Source: Candidatus Heimdallarchaeota archaeon
GTDB lineage: Archaea; Asgardarchaeota; Heimdallarchaeia; Heimdallarchaeales; Heimdallarchaeaceae
NCBI GenBank assembly: GCA_019057815.1
Contig: JAHLWR010000006.1
Location: 1 to 64,000 of the forward strand
DNA length: 64,000 nucleotides
Reading direction: 5' to 3'
The notes beneath the pieces were generated by a model that saw only the letters and a program-made list of their open reading frames with translations, made no database searches and was not told the origin of the DNA. Positions 18,633 through 29,300 of the stretch are shown piece by piece (position 1 is the first letter of the stretch; every line of letters starts with the position of its first letter). The position numbers and the translations under genes are program-made.

Positions 18633-20366
18633 CTAGTGTTTGGAACGTTTACGCAGGTAAACCCAAACTGGAACAGTTATGATAGTTACCCATACAGGTA
18701 GAAGGTAGAGACCAAACAATCGTCCTAAAAAGCGTTTTGTTGGTGTGTAACACTTACACCCGTGTTCTTCACCATCGGTTTGACCATTATTATCACTATC
18801 AGGATTGTTGGGATCAGTTCCAAATACATTTATCTCTTCCCAATCACAGAGACAATCTCCATCCGTATCAGGATTAAAGAGAGAAGTGTGGTAAACCATT
18901 GCTTCTTCATAATTAGTCAACCCATCTCCATCCTTATCCTTAGAAGCATCGTCTTTCAAAGGGTTAAGACCAACTTGCACTTCCCAACCATCTAAGAATC
19001 CATCTGAATCAGTGTCAGGGTTTGAACTATCAGTCCCATAAAAACTCTCTGTCAAATCATCCAGATAATCGCCATCGCTATCCATCCAACCTGTACGAAA
19101 CATGGACCCTTGAGCAGTACGCCAAGGAGCAGCATTCCCATATGTATCGTTTAGTAAAGATAAGCAGTAAAGATTATAATTGTGAGAACCAAAAAGTATC
19201 TCTAATCTACCATCCATATCTAGATCTGCAATACATGCAGAAGGGCCTACATAGTCACCCACAGGGAATGACCACTTGGGCGTTCCTTGATGATCAAGAC
19301 AGTAGAAATTATCACCATATGACCCGACAAGAATCTCCAAAAAACCATCACTATCAAGGTCAACGGCACAAGGATCTGAAACCCCTCCACCAAGGTAAAA
19401 AGACCATTTCAACTCCCCTTCCTTATTAAGACAATATATTTTGCCATCAAAACCTCCTGTCCCCACTAATATCTCTAAAGTTCCGTCTCTATCAAGATCA
19501 CTTATTATGGGAGATGTAACTATACTATCCGGAGTTGTATAATTCCATTTCTGTTCACCATTCGAGCTCAAACAATAAAGATGTTCATCCCAGGAACCTA
19601 CAAAGATTTCAAGCAATCCATCTTCATCTATATCTGCAACACATGCAGATCCAGTTATTATTCCGTGAGTGTTATATATCCATTCCATCTCCCCTGTGTG
19701 ACTTACACAGTAGAGTTTTCCATCCCACGAACCAAAAATGACCTCTAAAGTACCATCATTATCTAAATCAGCTACACAAGCAGTAGAAAAAATAGCTTTG
19801 CCAGTTTGATAAGACCACTTTTTCTCACCATCAGCAGAGAAACAATACATTTTACCATTATCAGAACCAATAAGAATCTCCAATTTCTTGTCCCCGTCTA
19901 AGTCTGCAATAGAGGGAGATGAGTCAATATTACTATAGATCGAGTAATTCCATTCCTCTGTTCCTATATGGCTAATACAGTGAAGTTTAGTATCCAAGGA
20001 ACCAACTAGTATTTCTAGAGTACCATCGTTATCTAAATCTGCAACTGCAGGAGAAGTTACGATGTTTGAACCTGTTTCATAGGACCATACAACATTACCT
20101 GAATAATCCAAACAATATAGGTAGCGATCATTAGATGTAATCAGAACCTCTAGTAAACCATTTCCGTCAAGGTCAGCGACAGCTTGACAAGACCTGATAG
20201 TGCTATTTGTTTGAAAAATCCACTCCAGTTTGAAATTGGAATCTTGATCTTCAATTACACTATCTACAATAAAACTTGCTTCATAATTAGGCATATTGTT
20301 AATCATAGATAATCTGGATACGACAATCATAATCAATAAGGTAGTCTTGAAAAGTCTTCTAGTCAT
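18633..20366 (-). CDS. Secreted FG-GAP/PQQ-like beta-propeller with TSP3-like Ca-binding repeats and C-terminal TM anchor
   Basis: Eight repeats of xADLDxDGxLEILxGS..LYC..G..W, DxDxDGLxDxxE repeats, and N- and C-terminal hydrophobic segments. Confidence 0.88.
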   Translation of the reverse strand: MTRRLFKTTLLIMIVVSRLSMINNMPNYEASFIVDSVIEDQDSNFKLEWIFQTNSTIRSCQAVADLDGNGLLEVLITSNDRYLYCLDYSGNVVWSYETGSNIVTSPAVADLDNDGTLEILVGSLDTKLHCISHIGTEEWNYSIYSNIDSSPSIADLDGDKKLEILIGSDNGKMYCFSADGEKKWSYQTGKAIFSTACVADLDNDGTLEVIFGSWDGKLYCVSHTGEMEWIYNTHGIITGSACVADIDEDGLLEIFVGSWDEHLYCLSSNGEQKWNYTTPDSIVTSPIISDLDRDGTLEILVGTGGFDGKIYCLNKEGELKWSFYLGGGVSDPCAVDLDSDGFLEILVGSYGDNFYCLDHQGTPKWSFPVGDYVGPSACIADLDMDGRLEILFGSHNYNLYCLSLLNDTYGNAAPWRTAQGSMFRTGWMDSDGDYLDDLTESFYGTDSSNPDTDSDGFLDGWEVQVGLNPLKDDASKDKDGDGLTNYEEAMVYHTSLFNPDTDGDCLCDWEEINVFGTDPNNPDSDNNGQTDGEEHGCKCYTPTKRFLGRLFGLYLLPVWVTIITVPVWVYLRKRSKH

Positions 20367-20547
20367 CTCAATTAAGAGTCATTAACAAAAGATGCTCATA
20401 AATCTTATGGTTCTAATATTAAAGCTAAGGATACTATGTTTTTTGATGGTTTTAAGACAACATAAAACATCAATCATGTGATAGAAAGAAAAAATAATTC
20501 TCTAATATACGAAAAGTTTATAGATTTAATAAACTTATTCCATTATT

Positions 20548-22590
20548 ATGAAAATTCCAAAAAACTTTATTCTAATATTTCTTTTAGTTTTACAGATATT
20601 GACACAATCGGTTCCTTTATCATCCAACAATTCGACAATTAACTACTCTATTCCCAATTATCTGACAAAAGAGATAATTTTTCAAACAGAATCTTTTTCA
20701 GATACACACCTTTCTAGTCAGTATTTTCTCTGCAGTGAAGGGGATTATTATCTACCTGACATGGAGATTACAGCTATCACTCCAGGTATTGATGAACTTT
20801 CATGGGGAACGGATTGGATAGATGCAGAACTTGTGTGGGGTGGAACAGAAGATGCAACCTCTGTTTCTCTTAATGAACCAGCAGGAGAAGGAATTAAGAT
20901 AGCTATTATTGATTCTGGAATGGACTTCTTGCACCAAGATCTTGATGATAATTTTGTATTAGGTTACAATGCAGTCTATGATACAGATGATATTACAGAG
21001 TCTGGTAGCCATGGAACATATGTTTCGGGTGTTATTGGCGCAGAAGACAATAATATACCTAGTACAATAGGTGTAGCACCACTGGCATCGCTTTATCCTA
21101 TAAAAGTAGTTGATAATAATGGTGCAATATTCAGTTCATACATAATAGATGCAATAGAATGGGCTATAGCGAACGAAATGGATATTATTAATATAAGCTT
21201 GGGGGGTCAATATTATAATCCTAGTGTTCAAAATGCTATTAATGATGCATGGAATGCAGGTATTGTTATTGTAGCAGGAGCAGGGAATATAGACTCACAA
21301 CATCCCAATCCTGATATCTTGTATCCTGCAGCATATGACAATGTTATAGCTGTAGGGAGTTTAATTCCTATATATAATCCTTCAAATGAGGTAATAGCTG
21401 TTGAACACAATCCAAGTAGTTGCCATGGAGCTGGAATCACTTTAACTGCCCCAGGTTCAGCAATCCTAACAACGCAGAATGGAGGAGGATATGTTGAAGT
21501 AGGAGGTACTTCTATCGCCTCACCTATGGTTGCAGGAGTAGTCGCGCTGATGTTTAGTGCAAACTATTTTCTCACTCCTGATGAAGTATATGATATTCTT
21601 ACTGAATTTGCTTTTGATCTAGGTGATTATGGCTATGACCTATTATATGGATATGGACAAGTGCGCGCTGATATAGCAGTTTATGAAGCTGAACGAACTA
21701 ATCCATCTGATTCTGATGGCGATGGATTATATGATAGAGAAGAAATGAGACTAGGAACTAGTTATTCTAGCAGTGACAGTGATGACGATGGGTTAACTGA
21801 TTATGAAGAAGTAAACGGTGTATATGACATGAATGAGGATGGAGATTATCTGGATGCAGGAGAAAACCATGGTTACATAACTGATCCAACTTTGATTGAT
21901 ACTGATGGTGATTTATTAAGCGACTATGAAGAAATAAACGGTAAATACGACTTCAATGATGATGGAGATTATGATGATGCAGGAGAAGACCATGGTTACA
22001 TAACTGATCCTAATGATCGTGATACTGATAATGATCTACTATTAGACTATTTTGAGATAACCTGGTATTTCACTAATCCTCTTAATCCAGATACTGACAA
22101 TGATGGCTTAACTGATGGGGAAGAGGAGTATACTTACGATACAGATTCTCTTGATCCTGATACTGATAATGATTATCTTAAGGATGGTTGGGAAGTGACT
22201 CATTCATATCAAGGTGTGGATTTTGATCCATTGGATGGTAGTGATGGTTGGACAGATCACGATAATGATGGTTTATATACTGGTTTTGAAGTTAAGTTCA
22301 TTTATACTCTCTGGAACGATCCTGATACAGATAATGATGGATGGGATGATGGAGTGGAAGTATACTGTGGTTCTGACCCTCTTGATATTAGTGACACTCC
22401 CCTCTCAGATTATGATGGTGACGGAATTACGAACTACGATGAATGTTATCTTTATGGTACCGACCCCTATGATTCTGATACTGATGGGGATAACTTTAGT
22501 GATTATAGAGAAATCTTTTTGCTGGGCACTGACCCCTTAGATCCAAATGATCCCCCAGGAGGCCCTCCAGGAGGAGGATTTTTCCCTTAG
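20548..22590 (+). CDS. Secreted S8 subtilase with C-terminal TSP3-like Ca-binding repeats
   Basis: Catalytic triad IDSG / HGTYVSG / GTSIASP, oxyanion AGN, signal peptide, and many DTDxDGLxD repeats. Confidence 0.93.
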   Translation: MKIPKNFILIFLLVLQILTQSVPLSSNNSTINYSIPNYLTKEIIFQTESFSDTHLSSQYFLCSEGDYYLPDMEITAITPGIDELSWGTDWIDAELVWGGTEDATSVSLNEPAGEGIKIAIIDSGMDFLHQDLDDNFVLGYNAVYDTDDITESGSHGTYVSGVIGAEDNNIPSTIGVAPLASLYPIKVVDNNGAIFSSYIIDAIEWAIANEMDIINISLGGQYYNPSVQNAINDAWNAGIVIVAGAGNIDSQHPNPDILYPAAYDNVIAVGSLIPIYNPSNEVIAVEHNPSSCHGAGITLTAPGSAILTTQNGGGYVEVGGTSIASPMVAGVVALMFSANYFLTPDEVYDILTEFAFDLGDYGYDLLYGYGQVRADIAVYEAERTNPSDSDGDGLYDREEMRLGTSYSSSDSDDDGLTDYEEVNGVYDMNEDGDYLDAGENHGYITDPTLIDTDGDLLSDYEEINGKYDFNDDGDYDDAGEDHGYITDPNDRDTDNDLLLDYFEITWYFTNPLNPDTDNDGLTDGEEEYTYDTDSLDPDTDNDYLKDGWEVTHSYQGVDFDPLDGSDGWTDHDNDGLYTGFEVKFIYTLWNDPDTDNDGWDDGVEVYCGSDPLDISDTPLSDYDGDGITNYDECYLYGTDPYDSDTDGDNFSDYREIFLLGTDPLDPNDPPGGPPGGGFFP

Positions 22591-22653
22591 TTCACTTTCC
22601 TTCCTTCTTTTTTCCTTCTTTTTGATTGTTCATGTTTTTCACAGTTATTACAA

Positions 22654-22752
22654 TATACTGATAGTGCTGGGTTAACGGATTACAATGAGATAGTAAATAG
22701 AGGTAGTGAAACCACAGATTCTACAAATCCTTTAGGAGATTTGGTACTATAA
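22654..22752 (+). pseudogene. Remnant of a TSP3-like repeat gene (YTDSAGLTDYNEIVNRGSETTDSTNP)
   Basis: Resembles the DTDxDGLTDYEE...TDP repeats of the neighbouring genes. No clear start. Confidence 0.45.
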
Positions 22753-23304
22753 CATGAAATAAGCATACTACTACTTTTTTTTCATCTATAAATATAAGAC
22801 AACAAATATATAAATTGATAAAAACACCACACTTAACCTATCTTCTTCTCAATCCCATCTTTCGAAGTGTAAGGCTAACATAGTAAAAAAAACGTAAAAA
22901 TTAATGGGAAAGGATAAACATGTCTGAAAAAAATCTTGATATTGAAACTATTCTCTATCAGTAATTAAAGAAAAAGAAAAACAAGAACAAAAACCCTCAG
23001 AAAATGCAAAAGACAACTTATTAGAATAGAAATGCTATAGATTCGTGTCTTTATAGAGGTTTTAATGCTAGTGGGAGCATTTAGAAACAGAAATTCTATT
23101 TAATCGGTTTTTCAGTATATGAATATAGAAATTATTATTATGCCAATACTAAGCGAATTTTATTACTATATTACATTTTTTCCTCCTTGCTTATAAATGA
23201 ATTCTAACATAAGAGAGTGATTACAAATGGCTAAAAAGGGTTAAGAATATACATCTATTCTTTCTTGCGGGTTTGGTAAAGATAGGTGAAAGTCACTGAA
23301 AACG

Positions 23305-26300
23305 ATGATTGAGCGATTAAGAGGAGGTTTAAGGAAAAAGAGTGAAGTTTTTTCTTTCTTTATATCAATTCTTAGAAAAAATATATTACAAAAAGAAGCG
23401 AAAAAGAGAAAAACTTCATTTCAGATCAAAATCTTCATATTATTGATACTTGTATCTATAATCTTTCAGAGGGTTAATGCAGAAGAACATTCTAATTCTT
23501 ATCTGGAAAATTCCGCTATAACTCTCCTTCCCCAAGATATTGTTTTTGAGTATAACTCAACCTTTAGCAATCAATCTTTTACTGTTGAACTCTCTCACAT
23601 TGAACTTGATGTTTTTAACTGCTTTAATCTCTTTTTCAAACAAGAAGGGGATAAAACCGATGGATCATTAAAAGTTGTCTTTCTATTCGATGGTGCGGGG
23701 ATTGAATTTATAATCTCACGTTTATATCAAGACCAACAAGAACATAATTTGACGCAAGCATTTGTTTATCCAGTTAAATTCAACGGAACAATGAATCTGA
23801 CAATAACTTGTGAAGGTCAAACATCTTATTTTCATTCAGGTTCATTACAAATATTTTGCACAACAGCGATCAAAGCAGTTGAAATTCCTTTTTTATCAGA
23901 TACAACCATTACTCTTCCTACGCTCCCCAATTCTTTTTCCTTTAGGGGAAGTGTTGCATCACCCGTATCTAGGTGTGTAATGACTGCGTTTTATAACATG
24001 GAAAAATTAGACAAACTTAATGTTTCGCTTTCCTTTACTTCAATTTCCTTTACAGCTTTCTCGCAATATGTTGAAGTAGAACTCAACAATCAAGTTATAG
24101 TAACAGAGGAATTTGATGATGGAATAACGACTACTTTAGTCTTTATTCTTCCAATAGATACTGGCTTAAACTTTCTTTCCTTCTATTTTGTTGTTAGTAA
24201 GAGCGTCGATATTTTTCACTTTACAGACATTCAAATAGATGGATTTATCTTCTCTTTTGAAGATTCTCTTCCAGAGAACATTCTAAGTTATAATCATTGG
24301 GAAGGAGATGAAATAGACCACACTTTTGATATTTCTGTACTAAAACCTATTGCGAATAACAGTCACCAACAGATTTTATATATAAATTTGAATTATGGAT
24401 GTTTAGGTTCAATAATCTCTCCAGCTTATTATGAGCTTTACTCAGGAACAGAAATTTATTCTGGAGAACTGACAGAAAGTGAGCAGAGACAATCTCAAAC
24501 TATAAAAATTAACACTTTTACAACTACTTATGATGTTCCTTTGCTTTTTAGAATTCATGGCTCAGTAGAAGGAGAAGGAATATTTTTCATTCTCAATACC
24601 AGCACAATAGAAATAAAACATGTTCTCGAATTTACAGATGAAGCAACTGAACAGTTTGAGAGTGTGTTTACCAAGGAAGAAATAATTCTTTCTTCTATTT
24701 CTGAAACCGTTACCCGTACTTACTTTGATGTATTTAGTACTTCATCTTATTCAACTAGATGTAATATCTCGTTATCACTTACTTTGTTCACCGAAACATA
24801 TTTTCCTGTTGAAAAGATTGATATTAATCTAAGAGTTGGTAATCAAGAATATTTCTTTGGAAGTATCAAGGATAGAATAGAGATTAATGTCGTTAAAGAA
24901 TTAGCGATTCTTCGAGGATATCACGAGGTAGAGTTAACGCTTGTAATCTATATGAGCGGAACGACGATTACCTTACAAAATGTTCGATATACCCTCATTC
25001 CTTCTACAATTGTTGAGTTACCAACTTATAACAATCCTGTTAATGACGAAACTAGTGAACCAAAGAAGGTTATTAACCCCTCAAAACCTCTTTTCATGGG
25101 TATCGAGTATGGGATTGATGGTTTAATGATTGTAATCTTTATTTGGCACTTTTTCAGTAAGAAAAAGGGGAAAAAAGAGGATTTGGTTGAAGGAGGAGAG
25201 ATAGTTGAGCTACAAATGGAAGGCTACAACTTACATCGAGGACATTATTCTAAGTTTAGAAGAAGTGTCAAGAGTTGGAGGCTTGAAAAGAAAGTATCTA
25301 TATTGAAAACAATATTATTACCCATTAGTATATTTTATCTAACGGGTAAAATAATTATTCTCAATTTTCTAACAGATCAAATGAATATAATAGCAACAAA
25401 TGGAATATTTGAGCTTAAGTCTCCTTCACTCAGTTGGGGGTATCTAAGTTTCGCAGTTTGTGTATATTTATCAACCCTTGAGTTATTCTGTATTTTCGTT
25501 CTTGTTACGCGTTCTACCTTTTATGAAGATTATTTTGGTGCAATAAAACTCTTAGGAAGAATCCTAATATTTCCTTTTATTATTTCATGGATTTTACTCT
25601 TTCTGTATATTTCCCGTAACACACATAGTTTCTCAACCTGGAATACAGGTCTCCTTTTCCTTTGTTTTCTTATTATGCACCTTTTCAGTAAAAGATTAGG
25701 AAAAGCGATTATAAAAAAACATGAGTTTGTCTTCTACAATTTCAAGAAAACGGGAAGAATGAAAGTAAAGTTAATAAAAAATGAGCCCTACCTCCCATCC
25801 CTTAACCCTTCAAATCCACTAGGGAACTCTTCTATTTCTTCTGGTAAATGGAGTGAAAAAGAACTTGAGAAGTACAAAATGCTCTTGTTTACTACCATAG
25901 TCTATAAGATTCGTCCCAATGTTCCTGTAAGTCCTCATCGTCTTGCTGATCTTGCCGATATTCCTATAGAACTCATAGAAAAACTTCTTCTTGAACTTTG
26001 CAACAACAATCCTGCTCTCGGAAAATATTACCATACTGAACAAGTTTTCATACGTCACTTAGATTCAAATAAAAAAGTACTTGATTTGAGAAATACCTCT
26101 CAAAGACAAAACGATGAAAACAATGAAAACAATTACCCCACATCAAAACACGAAATAATACCAAGTAGCAATAATTCGTTTCGTGATCTCAATACTGAAG
26201 CAAGGAATGAGACAAATAAAGTAAATTCACCTATGAAATTGGAAGAACAATCATCCTTATCCAATTCCAAACTGTTAGTTTTTTATTCTAAAATAAAATA

Positions 26301-29300
26301 TCAATTCAAATCATATTTCACAAAAGATGTCCTTGAACATGTAAAAATTTACGGTACACTTCCTTTCGTAACACAAATAGTGCTTAGTTTATTTCTCTTT
26401 CTCCCAATTTTTTTCCTTTCTTGCAAAATTTTCTTCTATAATCCATGGATTAATATTATCTTTACTATTATTGGTGTATTTCTTCTCATTGAGCTGATTA
26501 ACATAACATTGAGACATATCGTAAGATATGACAAAAAAGGGTATTCAATACACCAAACAACAAACAATGTTGAAGCGAGTGAGAACTTAGAAAGAAAAAA
26601 TATGTTATTTAAATGTGAATCTGAAAATGACTTAATAGAAGAAAGAAGAGGTGATATTGTAATCAATGATGCATTTGAGGGAGAAACAGTTATCAAAGAA
26701 ATGGAAGATAATAATCAATTGGAAATTACTAAATTACCATATTTTTCTTGTGATGGTCAAGCTAGAATATTCGATTCAGTAGGAATATCTACAAAGATGA
26801 TTAATAGATATAAATTTGACAATTCTAGAATAAGATACAGTGATCATTTTATCAGAAACCTTTCATCAGTTGATTTTACACTTAATTTCAAAAATTTTAG
26901 TAACTCAGCAAATAAACCTTCAATGATTCCAGATGAATTATTAGTTAAACTTTTTGAAGCTAAATTTATTTCATCCACTGAAATTTGCACTTTTCTTAAA
27001 ATATTTCAGCTTGATACATCTAGAGGATTTAATTCTTTAGAACTGTTAGCTGAGTATCCTGAATTTACAGCAGAATTGGAAGCAATTGCAAATAGAATTA
27101 TTAATGATGGTTGGAGAAATCTTGCTTTTTTACAAATTGCTTGTATATATAGCAAGTTTATCAAGAATGAAGGAATCTCAGAGATCAGAAATTTACAAAC
27201 ATTTAGAGGAGAACTTCCTTACTTTAATGTCTTATATTTATTCTATCGACTAGCTTTTTATGCAAATAGATATATAAAATACAAAATTTCTTCATTACAA
27301 AGTTTTGATGAAAAAAAACTTAAAGCAATAAGTATTTGGGAAAATACAATTATTCCCAAACTGCGCTTTGAATTAGGAAATTTGATTGTATTTGGACTTG
27401 GTAAGAAAAATCAAGAAACAAAACAGATATCTGGTTTTAATAGAATGGTAACAACACAAAATGGGATATATTCTTTCAATATAGATAAATTAGACAATGA
27501 TTGGGGTCCTATAAGCATAATCAAGAGTGAATTAAGTTATACTCATACATCCTACACTGTTTCTATAAAAAACATATATGATTTAAGAAAGTTTTATCGT
27601 CTTAGAAACGGAGTGGATTTACTAACATGGAATGCTTTAATCGAATTCAAAGATTATGATGTAAAAAGTAAAGAGAGTACTTTAAGAAAGGGTTTTAGCC
27701 CAACGTACAATTTAGCAGAGAAGTTAGAACTAGGGGCAATACCATCTTTCTTTGTCGATAAAAAAGGTACAATAATAGACTTAACAAAATTTAATGCAAC
27801 TGAAGTATATAAACTTCTAAAGCTTAGAATGCTTTCTGAAGGATATTGGCAATTCTTTGATCAAGTTTCAATTAACAATTTTAGGTTCACTCCTCAGGGT
27901 AAACAAGTACCACCTGAATTAATGTATAGACTTGCAACAATGATTGATATTTTATGTGCTTCATCTGGATGTTTAAGAATCAAGAAGGTTTTCTTTAATG
28001 TAGATGAAAATAATATTGATAAAATAACAAAAGTTAGACAATTCTCTTTAGGAACACCTTTTGCAAATACTGTACTCAAAGAAATAGACATTCCTGCTGG
28101 GTTCTATATTTCAGTTAATATCTCTATATTAAAAGAATGTATTAATGAAATTGATTCAAATATATTAGAAAATAAGACAATTGAATTTGCATTTACAACC
28201 CGAGTAAGACTTCAATCTAACATCTATAATGTGCAACCTATAATCATCTATGGGCTAAAGGATAGAAATGGTAAAATTGACATTGTTTTTTCTGATTATT
28301 GGGAAATTGCAATTATAAATAGAGATCTTAATAAAAATACAGCTCAAGGAAGTAAAAGATACAATAATTCTCTTTCGTTAGAAGAATGGTATATGTATGG
28401 TACTGATGAAGCAATTGGAAAGGATATATGGATATCTAAAACAACAGATTATCAACAACAAATCAAACAATTGGAATTTGTGGATCCAACAAAACCAAAT
28501 GAAGGAATAATTAAGAAAGCATTCATTAGTATGCTAAGCTTTTATGAAAGACAAAAATACAGTAAAAAAATCAGATTTTCAAATAATGATACTAAAACTA
28601 AAAATATTCCTTATCTGACATTACTCAATACTGATGGGGCACCAATTTTTAGCAAGTTTAAAATAGATATGTCTAGGGGATTAATGGCATGTTTTGATCC
28701 AAAAAGATATAATATATCTAACATTGCTCCTATCATTTTGCATAATGCTAGAGAATTTTTACAACGATTTATAAGAACAAGAAAAGTACCTATAGTTCTA
28801 TCTTATTATGATGAAGTCTCTGAAATCTGGGAAACTACTATAGATTGGAAACATATAAATGATGCAATAAATTGCTTAGAGGATCTAAAGAATTTATTTG
28901 CTGTTGAATATAACAATATTGGTAAAATAGATAGTATGCTCTCTACTCAGAAGGAATCGCGTTATTTATACTATTCAATATTCAAATACCTACGTGATAT
29001 TCAGCTTTCTATACCTCTAAAAACTAAATGGGCTTTAGATAACGATAAAGATTATGGTTTAAAAATATTATATGCTAAAATACTTGATACAATTGACTAT
29101 TATCAAGATCTGTCAAAAACTCCCTATCTCAAAATCTATTCCCAAACAAAGAGAATAGATTCAGATATTAGTACTGCCATTAATATTATACCTGATCCAA
29201 TGGAATATGTTCATCATTGGACTACAGAGGTATCAAATAAAGAAAACAGTGTAAAAAACACAGAAATGTCGGAGTTTATAGAAAGAATATATGGTGCTTT

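Noticed and set aside
22920-23023. GAAAGGA followed by ATG (MSEKNLDIETILYQ*), a possible third micro-ORF
   Set aside because: Only 14 codons and lacks the GQL motif; at most a decayed remnant.
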